From a bacterium (GTDB taxonomy: Bacteria > Zixibacteria > MSB-5A5 > GN15 > FEB-12): DNA of 64,000 nt. The translations under genes and the position numbers were made by a program. Under the pieces are notes generated by a model. That model was not told the origin of the DNA. It searched no databases and worked only from the letters and a program-made list of their open reading frames with translations. Within the stretch, counting starts at the first letter, position 1. The number at the start of each line of letters is the position of its first letter. Location of the stretch: NCBI GenBank assembly GCA_043819515.1, contig JBDRES010000040.1, forward strand, positions 76,871 to 140,870, given 5' to 3'. Shown here piece after piece: positions 10,327 to 19,483 of this stretch.

Positions 10327-11817
10327 CTATTTGACGCTAAGCAAATCCTCAGTCCACCATACCAGATCTTCGCCCAATTCTTCACTGTAGCCGGGATGCT
10401 CGTACTGGATAACACCTTCCTGGTCGATGACACACAGGTACGGAATACCGGTAACACCATAATCACGGGCGGTCTGATTGTTGCCGAACAGCAGGGTCAT
10501 GCCATAGCTGTTGTCGGTCATGAACTTGGTGGGTCCTTCGCCACCTCTTTCCCAAACATCAATAGAGAAAACCAGCACATCTTCAGGTTTGGACTGGACA
10601 AACTGGTTTATTGCCGGCATAGCCATTCGGCAGGGTCCGCACCAGGTGGCCCAGAAGTCAAGGATCACGACTTTGCCACGCAGGTCGGCCAGGGCCACCA
10701 GCTTGCCGTCGACACCGGGAAGGCTGAACTCCGGCGCCGGGCGATTAAGTTTTTCAGCCAGGGCTTTTTCACGACGCTCGTCCTTGCCACTATCCCATTT
10801 GGCCTGCGCCACGGCCACCGCTTTCTCCCAGCGCGGATCGGCGTGCAGAGGTTCGAGGTCTGAATCCTCCTTCAGGTGACCGACCTGGGCAAATCCGGCC
10901 TCAGTAGCTTTTGCCAGGAAAGCAAACGCCTCATCGGCGTTGCCCAAAAGGGAGTAGGAGCAGGCAATATTATACAGCGCATCCGCATTTTCCTCATAGC
11001 CGGCGACGCTTTTTTCAAACTCAATGACCTCATCGTAGGCTTTGGCATCGCGCAGCGCCGATCCATAAAACTGGCTGATGTAGCTGCCCCGCTCCTCGGC
11101 CGCCCAACCGTCTTCGATCAGGGCATCGACATGCGTGGCGATGGCCAGCTTTGCTTCGCCAAAGCGACCCAGGCGGGCATAGAGGGTTGCATAATCCTCT
11201 TGTGACGGCCAGCCCTTGTCCATAGCCATGCCCTTTTGCAGGGTGGTCATGGCCTGGTCATAATCGCCGGAATACACCTGGTATCCATATAGGAACTCCA
11301 GCGGCCAGGTCTCGCCGGGCGCAATCTCGACAGCTTTGGCAAAATGAACGGCGTCTTCGAGTAACATGGCCGCAAGTTGATCCACATACTTCTCTTCGCC
11401 GTATGGGCCGAACAGCCCCTGCGTATAATTGCCCAGCAGAAGGCGATAACCATAGGCGTAACCAGGATCGGTGGCGACCATCTGGCGACCGATCGTAATC
11501 GCCGCAGTCGGATCCTCCAGCGTCCTGCCATACAGATAAGCCCATTGCATCGACTCGGGATGAGCCGCCGCCTGCTTTTTTGCAAAGGCCTCGGCGCCGA
11601 TCTGGTCATAGCGCAACCAGCGTCCCTGGACATCGCGCAGCAGTTCGATGTCATCGACATGGGTCATGTAGTTCTCGCACAGGGCGACCACTTCGTCGCC
11701 GCTATTGGCCGCCCGGTAGGCCTGCATGAAGTTGTACATGGTGTACTCGTCCTCGGCGGCAACCGTGGCTGCCAATATGAGACCGACCAGGATCATGATT
11801 CTTGGTAGATGACGCAT
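10327..11817 (-). CDS. Secreted TPR-repeat protein with a C-terminal TlpA/ResA-like thioredoxin
   Basis: Signal peptide, TPR-like helices (ALYNIACSYSLLG...EDSDLEPL), APEFSL, VILDFWATWCGPC, YGVTGIP. Confidence 0.85.
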   Translation of the reverse strand: MRHLPRIMILVGLILAATVAAEDEYTMYNFMQAYRAANSGDEVVALCENYMTHVDDIELLRDVQGRWLRYDQIGAEAFAKKQAAAHPESMQWAYLYGRTLEDPTAAITIGRQMVATDPGYAYGYRLLLGNYTQGLFGPYGEEKYVDQLAAMLLEDAVHFAKAVEIAPGETWPLEFLYGYQVYSGDYDQAMTTLQKGMAMDKGWPSQEDYATLYARLGRFGEAKLAIATHVDALIEDGWAAEERGSYISQFYGSALRDAKAYDEVIEFEKSVAGYEENADALYNIACSYSLLGNADEAFAFLAKATEAGFAQVGHLKEDSDLEPLHADPRWEKAVAVAQAKWDSGKDERREKALAEKLNRPAPEFSLPGVDGKLVALADLRGKVVILDFWATWCGPCRMAMPAINQFVQSKPEDVLVFSIDVWERGGEGPTKFMTDNSYGMTLLFGNNQTARDYGVTGIPYLCVIDQEGVIQYEHPGYSEELGEDLVWWTEDLLSVK

Positions 11818-11986
11818 TGCTGTTCCTCTTTGCTTATAGTGCTGCGCTCGGTGAGATGCCTCTCATTCTCAATGCAGTAAATGGTAGCAAGTGGCCGGGC
11901 CAATGACAAGGATATACTTGAGTGAAGGTGATCGGCAGAGCTCCAATAGACAGTTCCGGGCACTTGACCAAGGTCGAGCTTTTTGC

Positions 11987-13042
11987 CTACTCCCCCAGAT
12001 CCTGACTCAGCCGTTCAAGGCCCTCGTTGGGGCCGACGACCACCAGTGTCACCGATTCCTCCAAGACCGCCTTGGGGCCGGGAGTGATCGTCATCTCGCC
12101 GCCCGGTTTTTTGATACCGATGACAGTGACGCCGTAGGTTTCTTTCAAGCGCGATTCCATCAGTGTCTGCCCAACCAACTTGCAGCCGACCGGCACCATA
12201 ATCTCTTCAATCGAAAGACCGCTGTCGCCGACGGCCGTCATCGTCATAAAATCGACCACGTGAGGTCGCAGGGTGGCCATGGCCATGCGCTGGCCGCCGA
12301 TGACATGGGGGGAAACGACATGGTTAGCTCCGGCGCGCATCAGTTTCTGTTCGCCGCCGTCGTAGTCCGCCCGGGCGATGATATTGAGCTTACGGTTCAT
12401 GGATCGGGCGCTGAGGGTCAAGTAGACATTCTGCGCTTCATCGGGAAGAGTGGAGATAAGGGTGTGGGCCTTGTCGATGCCGGCCGCCTCGAGGACATCA
12501 TCGCGAGTGGCTTCGCCTTCCAGGAAAAAGTAGCCGCAATTGGTCAAGCGCCGGATTGGGTCCGGTTCGCGTTCGATCACCAAAAACGATACTTTGCGAC
12601 GAGCAAACTCCAAAGCCACTTGCTGCCCAACGCGACCGAATCCGGCAATAATGTAATGGCCGCTCATTTTGCTGATCTTGTTGCGCATCTTTTTCCTTCC
12701 AAATACTTCTCTGAATTGACCCTCGAGGACGATTTCTCCCATACTGGTAGCGGCGTAAGCTCCGGTCAGTACGCCAAAGAGAATGATCAGCATTGCCACT
12801 ATCTTGCCGACCGGACCGTGGGGTACCAAGTCGCCATAACCGACCGTCGATAGCGTGGTGACAGTCAGGTACAACGCATCCAGAGCAGTCGAGCCTTCCG
12901 TAATCATGAACCCCACAGTTCCGGCAACGACTACAAAAGTGAGCCCGGCCAGGGCCACGGTGAGTTTATAGGTCGAACTGACCGGCGGGGCGTTGTAACC
13001 GCCCAAGCCGTTGCCGGCCATCGGGTAGCTCTTTTTTGACAC
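11987..13042 (-). CDS. Potassium channel (2 TM pore + RCK_N + RCK_C), MthK/TrkA-domain family
   Basis: TTLSTVGYGD selectivity filter, IIAGFGRVG Rossmann motif, C-terminal TrkA-C (LVGQTLMESRL...VIGIKK). Confidence 0.92.
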   Translation of the reverse strand: MSKKSYPMAGNGLGGYNAPPVSSTYKLTVALAGLTFVVVAGTVGFMITEGSTALDALYLTVTTLSTVGYGDLVPHGPVGKIVAMLIILFGVLTGAYAATSMGEIVLEGQFREVFGRKKMRNKISKMSGHYIIAGFGRVGQQVALEFARRKVSFLVIEREPDPIRRLTNCGYFFLEGEATRDDVLEAAGIDKAHTLISTLPDEAQNVYLTLSARSMNRKLNIIARADYDGGEQKLMRAGANHVVSPHVIGGQRMAMATLRPHVVDFMTMTAVGDSGLSIEEIMVPVGCKLVGQTLMESRLKETYGVTVIGIKKPGGEMTITPGPKAVLEESVTLVVVGPNEGLERLSQDLGE

Positions 13043-13169
13043 CTGTCAACCTCGTTTACTAAATCACGAACGGCCGGCTCTGCGATTTACCGCCGCCGCC
13101 CGGATGCACTCTGATATCATGTATACTCTTATTAGTTGACCCCAATCAACAATATGTTTAGCCATAGAC

Positions 13170-13571
13170 ATGGAATCAACTTCCCCAAATCTCTCCGGCT
13201 GGCGGCACTTCGCCTGGTATCACTCACCGGTCATTTTGTACGCAGCGATCATTATCGGGGTGTCGTCAGTGCCCTATTTGCGCACCCCCCAACTGCAGGT
13301 TATTGCTTTTGACAAGCTGGCCCACTTGTGTGAATATGCCGTCTTTGCATTCTTGGTTTTCCGCTCTTTTACGCATATGCCGAAGGCGCTTAACCCGCAG
13401 TACGCCTTCTTATTTGCTGCGGCATTTGTGGCCGCTTTTGCAGTGTTTGACGAATTTTGCCAGCAGTTTGTGCCGGGCCGGTTTTCATCCGGGTTAGACA
13501 TCATGGCCGATCTGGCCGGCGGCCTCTTAGTGTTGGCCTTTTTTGAACTCCGCAGAAGGCGCCGGGGATAG
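13170..13571 (+). CDS. VanZ-family membrane protein
   Basis: DKLAHLCEYA, DEFCQQFVPGR, DIMAD. Confidence 0.88.
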   Translation: MESTSPNLSGWRHFAWYHSPVILYAAIIIGVSSVPYLRTPQLQVIAFDKLAHLCEYAVFAFLVFRSFTHMPKALNPQYAFLFAAAFVAAFAVFDEFCQQFVPGRFSSGLDIMADLAGGLLVLAFFELRRRRRG

Positions 13572-13618
13572 CGCTAAAACTGCGTAAACCTGCGTCATTC
13601 GCGTATTTACGCGCCTGG

Positions 13619-13677
13619 TGGCAACCCATTTGCCTTGACATCATTATTGAGCAGGAGTATATTTTTCCGTGTATAAT
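13619..13677 (+). promoter_or_regulatory. Candidate promoters of the large surface-protein operon
   Basis: TTGACA(13635)-17 bp-TATATT(13658), a second TATAAT at 13672, and a sigma54-like TGGCAACCCATTTGC at 13619-13633. Confidence 0.6.
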
Positions 13678-13843
13678 ATAGGATATTTTTTCCGGTTTGA
13701 TAAGGAGTGAGCAACCCTGGTTGCGTTGCCGGGGGTCCGGCATAGATGTTGCTGTCCAAGGCTGCGGTACTGTTCGTTGCCTTTGGTCTAACAAGTCTGG
13801 TCTGGTCTTGACATTAACCTTTCTACGTCGGTTAGGAGGGCAT

Positions 13844-14056
13844 ATGAAGTATGTTATTGCGACCAGATCCCAACCTGTTGATACTTGGCCATCAAGGGTT
13901 TTACGGTCTAACACGTTGGCTCCCAGGCCCAAAAGGCCGTGTGAGCCCAACCCCGGACGCCGATCCGGTCAGGCCAACCCCTCCTGGCTATCGGGGTGCA
14001 ATTGTTCGGTAAAAAGTAAACGTTTTGCAGATATTGTTAGGAGATTTGCACGATGA
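13844..14056 (+). CDS. Putative 70-aa upstream ORF overlapping the start of the giant gene
   Basis: AGGAGG at 13834-13839, ATG at 13844. Its TGA overlaps the next ATG (ATGA 14053-14056). No recognisable family. Confidence 0.35.
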   Translation: MKYVIATRSQPVDTWPSRVLRSNTLAPRPKRPCEPNPGRRSGQANPSWLSGCNCSVKSKRFADIVRRFAR

Positions 14057-17000
14057 GACTGCGAGTACTTATACTTGCCGCTCTGATTCTGGTCCTCGGC
14101 TCCGGCGTGGTCAACGCCCAGATGATTTCAGTTGACCATGTTGACGGCCTGGCAGGACCGGACGCTGTCCAGACGGGTGTGCCTGTTACTTTTCACATTC
14201 GAATGGATGCGGGCGGCGCTGTTCATGCCGGTATCACCAACGGCTTTCGGGTCTGGTCGCCGACCGGCGCCACCTGGACTGACTTCGTAGGTGATACTAC
14301 CGGGACTATCGGCGGCGCCCAGTTCGATTTGCTGTGGCTGATCAACTATTATAGTGTTACCGGTTCTGCGGCCGACACTATTGGTGTTGCCGGATCAATC
14401 TTCATGTTCGGTACCGGAATGCCGGCCGATTTCAACGACATCACCCATACCCTGACTCTCGGACCTATCGATCCGATGTACTCAGGCGGCGAAATCTGCC
14501 TCGACTCCGCTTATTTCCCGCCGTCGGGTCTGTGGAAATGGGCCGGGCCGCCGGATGTCATCCCTGGATGGGACGGTCCTCACTGCTACTGCATCGGCCA
14601 GTGTGCCGCCGAACCCCCGGTCATCACTTGTCCGCAAACCACTGACCTGGAGCTATGTGCTCCGGAGCAGGTTTGTTTGGCTATGCCGATTGAGGGTGCC
14701 GACGATGTCACCGTATCCGGTGGTACCTGGGCCGGCGATCAATTCTGCTTCACCGCGGATGTCTCGGGACAATACGATTTCCGCATTATCGCTATCAATG
14801 CCGGCGGTGAAGACACCTGCGATGTTTCGATGAATATCACCATTTACCCGACACCGACCATCACCTGCCCGCCTTCCGCGTTCAGCGAAGTGATTTGCGG
14901 ACCGCAGCAGATATGCGTGCCTCTTGATATTACCGGCGCCAATGGTGTCTACAGTGACAATGGTGGCACTTGGGATGCCGGCCAGCTCTGCTTCGCGGCC
15001 GACACCGCCGGGACCTATATTTTCAATGTGGTCGCCTCGGCGTTCCCAGGATGTGAAGACGATGACAACTGCCAGGTGGTCGTGAATGTCGACCTCGTCG
15101 CAGCTCCGGTCATCACCTGCCCCGGTGAAATGATTTTCCGTGATCTCTGCGAACCGGGCGAGATCTGCATCTCGCTGCCGATCAGTGGCGCTGATGAAGT
15201 GATATCTGACGTCGGCACTTGGGTCGACGGTCAACTTTGTTTCACCACCCTGACTCCCGGCGTCATTCCTATCGAAGTGAGCGCGACTAACTGCGCCGGA
15301 ACAGTCGACTGCGGTTTCTCGGTGGATGTACATTTTAACGGTGCCCCGACCGTGTACAGCCGCGAGGATGAAGTTGTCAACACCTGTGAGCCGGGTCAGT
15401 ATTGCTATAGCTACACTACCGACGATCCTGATGATGATGATCTGATCGAAAGCATTTTTTCCGGTCCCGCCGGTACGACTATTGATACGATCACTAACCA
15501 GCTCTGTTTCCCCTTCGAGGCCAGCGGCAGCTTTGGTGTTGTCATCCGCGTTGAGGATACCTGCGGCGCCTTCAGCCACGATACGCTGAATGTCAGCATA
15601 AACCTGGGTGATCCTTTTGTATTCGAATGTCCCTCCAGTCCGATTGATTTCAATCTCTGTCAGGCCGGAGAAGTTTGTGTACCGTTTACGATCTCCGGTG
15701 CTTACGAGGTTCTCGTTAATTACGGCGATATCGTCGACAACCAACTCTGCTTCCAGGCCGATACTTCCGGCACCTACAACATCTTTGTGGATGCCTACGG
15801 TGATTGCGGGGAAGCCGGCTGTCAGGTGACTGTCAACGTCGCTATCGGTGAGGCCCCGAGTATTTTCTGCATCACCGAGCCGATCGTTGTTGATTATGCC
15901 CTTGATGATACCGCCTGTGTTGGCTTGACGATAGCCGGCTATGACGCCGTCACTATCGAACACAGTCATGTCGGCTGGGACATCACCTGGGTCGGTGGTC
16001 AGCTATGTTTCAACACCTTCCCGGCCGGTAGCTACAACGCCAAAGTGATCGCGACCAGTGATTGCGGCGCCGACACCTGCGACCTCATTATCGACGTCCA
16101 GGATTGCGATCCGGCCGTCATTAGCTGTCCGACCAGTCCGATGCCCTATGAGATCTGCGGACCGATCGAGATTTGTACCGAACTGCCTATCGACAACTAC
16201 GACAGCGTTCAGGTCTCGGGTGGTTCGTGGGTCGATGGCTTGTTCTGCTTCGCTCCCGAAACCGAAGGCAGTCACACTTTTACAGTGAGCGCCTATCGCA
16301 ACTGCACCGCCGATGTTGCCCGGTGTGAATTGAACTTCGACATAACTTTCGCGGCGCAGCCGATAATCACATGTCCCGAAGGTGCGATTGAGGTTGTCGT
16401 GACTCCGGGCGAAATCTGCGTGCCGTTGCCGATTAGCGATGCCGATGAAGTCATCATCGGTGATGTCCCCGCCAAGAGCCCCGGCGAAGCCTACTGGAGT
16501 AACGGTGAGCTCTGCTTTGATGCTTCGATGCCTGGTGACTACTACATCGGTATCACCGCCGTCAACAACTGCGGTGAGGACTTCTGTGAAGTCCACATCA
16601 TCATTACCGACTGTCAGCCGGTCGATATCGTCTGTCCGGAAGACACCATCGAAGTCATGCTCTGCCAGTGGGATCAGGCTTGCGAAGTGTGCGTCGATCT
16701 GGCGATCAGCGGCGCCACCGATGTGATCGTCACGCCCGACATCGGCTACTGGACAAACGGTCAGCTATGTTTCTGGGCCGACACGCTGGGAATTTACGAT
16801 TTCGATGTCGTAGCTCTCGGAGGTGGTGAAGAATGTCCGAGCGACGAGTGCCACCTGGTCGTGGTGGTCAAGCCCTACGTGTTTGAATGCTCAGAGATCC
16901 TCCTTTCTGACGACATATTCTACTTCTCGATGGGTTATCTCGACACCGAAAATCCAAGCCCGCAGTATCTGACGGTCGGCACCTCCGACGAGCCCTTCTG

Positions 17001-19398
17001 CTTTGATTTTGCTCAGGGTGGCGGTTGGACCTGGTTGACCGTTCCTGAAACCGGCTGCACTGGTGACGGTCTGCCCATCAATGTCAACGGTTTCGATCTG
17101 CAACCGGGCCACTATGAGGCTCAGGTAGCCGTTATCGGTGATCCTACGGAAATCTGCGAGCCGACGACCAAGTACTTCACGGTCGTTCTGGACATCCTGC
17201 CGCCGGTCTCCGATGAAGATATCATCGCCATTCCCAATGTCCCGGCCGTACCGGGTGGCACCGTCGCCGTCCCGGTGGGCATCGAACATGTCTGTGACCT
17301 GGCCGGTTTGGGAATGACCTTCACATACGACGCCAATAATGTCCGGTTCGATTCGGCCACATTCGGCGGTTCGGTAATTGCTGATTGGGACCAGCTCGGC
17401 ATTGCCCAAGGCAGCAATTCGATTATCCTCACCGCTGCCTCCGGCGACGCCGATGCGATTCCGGCCGGCATGGGCAGGCTGATTACCTTGTGGTTCAAGG
17501 TCTACCAGGAAACCCCGGCCGGCTACTATCCGATCACCGGCTCCGAGGCTCTCATGGAAGTAAGCTGCTTCGGCGGCGATGTGACCCAGACCGTTGAGCC
17601 GACCCTCATCAACGGCGGAATCGTGGTCGGAACGGCTCAGAACTACCTGTGTGGTTATGTTGTTGATCCTGACATGAACTCAATAAGCGGCGCCACCGTC
17701 GAATACTGGGCTGACTATCCGAACGGTACGCCCGAAGCGACGACTCTATCCAATGCCACCGGTCTGTTTGAGTTCTTTAATGCCACCATATCACCATTTG
17801 ATCTCCATGCCTACAAGGTCGGCTACTATCCGACCACGCTTTCCGATTTGGTCTTCACCGATATCGGTATCATTATCGTCCTGACGCCGATAGAAGAAAT
17901 CACCGTCACCGATATGTGGGTCAACTTCTACTGCGCCCACAATATCTTCAACGGTGATCCCTTCCCGATCGGTACCATCATCGACGCCTATGATCCCGAC
18001 GGTGTCCACTGCGGTACTTTCACCGTGACAGATCCGGGCGCCTACGGTTTCATGCCGGTCTATCGCGACGATCCGTACACCATAATTGATGAAGGTGCCG
18101 ATGTTGGCGACATCATTCGCATCTATGTCAACGGCATCGAAGCCAACCCGGGCGCCGTGCCTACCTGGACCGGCAACGGTGATGTCCATGAGATCTGTCT
18201 TGACGTCGGCAGCGTAATGACCCACGCCTGTGATCTCATGGAAGGCTGGAACCTGGTCAGCTGGAGTGTCAACACCGAAGTCGACGATATCGAGGCGCTG
18301 TTTGGTGCCTACGCCGCCGACATTGAAGTTGTCCTCGGCTTTGAGCAGGGTGGCCTGACCTGGGATCCGGAAATGCCGCTATTCTCGACGCTGCACAGCG
18401 CCGACCACCTGAGCGGCTACTGGATCAAGACTAAGCATGCTTTCACTCTCGAGATCGTCGGTATGCCGGTGCCCAAGACGACGCCGATTCCGATCGACGA
18501 GGGCTGGAATCTAATATCTTACCTGCCGGATTACAATCTGGCGACGCCGGCCGCGCTGGGCACTATTCACGATAACCTGATTGTGGCCCTGGGCTTCGAC
18601 GGCGGCTACACTGTCTACCAGCCGGGTGACGATCTGCATAATACGCTGGTAGAAATGGGCCCCTGCAACGGCTACTGGGTTAAAGTGAACCACTTTGGTG
18701 AGCTGGCTTACCCGGGTGCCGGGCCGCGCTTCTTTGCGCCGCGAGCCAATCCTGATCAGACCCTGGCCAAGCTGGTCGGCGGTGTCAATGTGACCCGCAA
18801 CTGGGTCAACCTCTTTGCAGCCGACCTGACCCTCGACGGCCGGACGATCCCGGCCGGGGCCGAAATCACGGCTCATAACGCTCAGGGTAACGTGATCGGT
18901 AGCTTTACTCTGGCTCAGGACGGACTGTTTGGCTTCATGCCGGTGTACGGCGTCGACGAGGCCACCACCGGAGCCGAGTCAATCGATCCCGGTGAGAGCT
19001 TCACTCTCATGGTCGACGGTGTCGAGACCGTCCAGGAATTTGTCTGGACCGCCGCCGGCGACAGAATTGAAGTGGGTCCCTTGACAGCCAAGAACCAGGG
19101 CTCGGACGACGTTCTGCCGCAACGCTTTGAATTGTCGCAGAACTACCCGAATCCGTTTAACCCAAGAACTACCATCGGTTTCTCACTGCCCGAAGCTGCC
19201 CAGACCAGGATCGAAGTGTACAATATCCTGGGTCGTCTGGTAGCTACCCCGTTTGATGCCATGGCCGCGGCCGGGTACAACGAGGTTCAGTGGGATGGCC
19301 GCAACGATGCCGGTGTCTCGGTTTCCTCGGGTGTCTACTTCTATAGGTTGACTACCGAGAACCACGCGGAAACCCGTAAAATGACCCTGCTGAAATAG
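14053..19398 (+). CDS. 1781-aa secreted surface protein: nine Cys-rich Ig/HYR-like repeats, cohesin-like domain, two copies of an unnamed domain, T9SS type-A/FlgD-like C-terminal sorting domain
   Basis: Signal peptide, repeated PxITCP...C...W..GQLCF...G.Y...A...CG.D.C, cohesin-like IAIPNVPAVPGGTVAVPV...GMTFTYD, two GWNL(V/I)S motifs, LSQNYPNPFNP...SSGVYFYRL...KMTLLK. Confidence 0.85.
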   Translation: MRLRVLILAALILVLGSGVVNAQMISVDHVDGLAGPDAVQTGVPVTFHIRMDAGGAVHAGITNGFRVWSPTGATWTDFVGDTTGTIGGAQFDLLWLINYYSVTGSAADTIGVAGSIFMFGTGMPADFNDITHTLTLGPIDPMYSGGEICLDSAYFPPSGLWKWAGPPDVIPGWDGPHCYCIGQCAAEPPVITCPQTTDLELCAPEQVCLAMPIEGADDVTVSGGTWAGDQFCFTADVSGQYDFRIIAINAGGEDTCDVSMNITIYPTPTITCPPSAFSEVICGPQQICVPLDITGANGVYSDNGGTWDAGQLCFAADTAGTYIFNVVASAFPGCEDDDNCQVVVNVDLVAAPVITCPGEMIFRDLCEPGEICISLPISGADEVISDVGTWVDGQLCFTTLTPGVIPIEVSATNCAGTVDCGFSVDVHFNGAPTVYSREDEVVNTCEPGQYCYSYTTDDPDDDDLIESIFSGPAGTTIDTITNQLCFPFEASGSFGVVIRVEDTCGAFSHDTLNVSINLGDPFVFECPSSPIDFNLCQAGEVCVPFTISGAYEVLVNYGDIVDNQLCFQADTSGTYNIFVDAYGDCGEAGCQVTVNVAIGEAPSIFCITEPIVVDYALDDTACVGLTIAGYDAVTIEHSHVGWDITWVGGQLCFNTFPAGSYNAKVIATSDCGADTCDLIIDVQDCDPAVISCPTSPMPYEICGPIEICTELPIDNYDSVQVSGGSWVDGLFCFAPETEGSHTFTVSAYRNCTADVARCELNFDITFAAQPIITCPEGAIEVVVTPGEICVPLPISDADEVIIGDVPAKSPGEAYWSNGELCFDASMPGDYYIGITAVNNCGEDFCEVHIIITDCQPVDIVCPEDTIEVMLCQWDQACEVCVDLAISGATDVIVTPDIGYWTNGQLCFWADTLGIYDFDVVALGGGEECPSDECHLVVVVKPYVFECSEILLSDDIFYFSMGYLDTENPSPQYLTVGTSDEPFCFDFAQGGGWTWLTVPETGCTGDGLPINVNGFDLQPGHYEAQVAVIGDPTEICEPTTKYFTVVLDILPPVSDEDIIAIPNVPAVPGGTVAVPVGIEHVCDLAGLGMTFTYDANNVRFDSATFGGSVIADWDQLGIAQGSNSIILTAASGDADAIPAGMGRLITLWFKVYQETPAGYYPITGSEALMEVSCFGGDVTQTVEPTLINGGIVVGTAQNYLCGYVVDPDMNSISGATVEYWADYPNGTPEATTLSNATGLFEFFNATISPFDLHAYKVGYYPTTLSDLVFTDIGIIIVLTPIEEITVTDMWVNFYCAHNIFNGDPFPIGTIIDAYDPDGVHCGTFTVTDPGAYGFMPVYRDDPYTIIDEGADVGDIIRIYVNGIEANPGAVPTWTGNGDVHEICLDVGSVMTHACDLMEGWNLVSWSVNTEVDDIEALFGAYAADIEVVLGFEQGGLTWDPEMPLFSTLHSADHLSGYWIKTKHAFTLEIVGMPVPKTTPIPIDEGWNLISYLPDYNLATPAALGTIHDNLIVALGFDGGYTVYQPGDDLHNTLVEMGPCNGYWVKVNHFGELAYPGAGPRFFAPRANPDQTLAKLVGGVNVTRNWVNLFAADLTLDGRTIPAGAEITAHNAQGNVIGSFTLAQDGLFGFMPVYGVDEATTGAESIDPGESFTLMVDGVETVQEFVWTAAGDRIEVGPLTAKNQGSDDVLPQRFELSQNYPNPFNPRTTIGFSLPEAAQTRIEVYNILGRLVATPFDAMAAAGYNEVQWDGRNDAGVSVSSGVYFYRLTTENHAETRKMTLLK
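14611..16870 (+). repeat. Nine tandem Cys-rich protein repeats of about 80-90 aa
   Basis: Units start near 14611, 14851, 15103, 15343, 15610, 15853, 16111, 16357 and 16618. They are diverged at the DNA level. Confidence 0.85.
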
Positions 19399-19483
19399 GT
19401 TGCGGAACTTGAGTAACGAAGTAACATATAACTACCGGTCGGTCTTGCCGGCCGACCGGAATAGAGAACAGGGTATAAACGTG

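Noticed and set aside
13043-13169. c-di-AMP (ydaO) riboswitch upstream of the K+ channel
   Set aside because: The spacer is short and lacks the GCTGAA/GGGGAA-type conserved elements.
14611-16870. Periodic sequence considered as a CRISPR array or DNA tandem repeat
   Set aside because: The periodicity is at the protein level (about 250 nt, diverged codons) inside one ORF. There are no identical 25-45 nt repeats with spacers and no cas genes.
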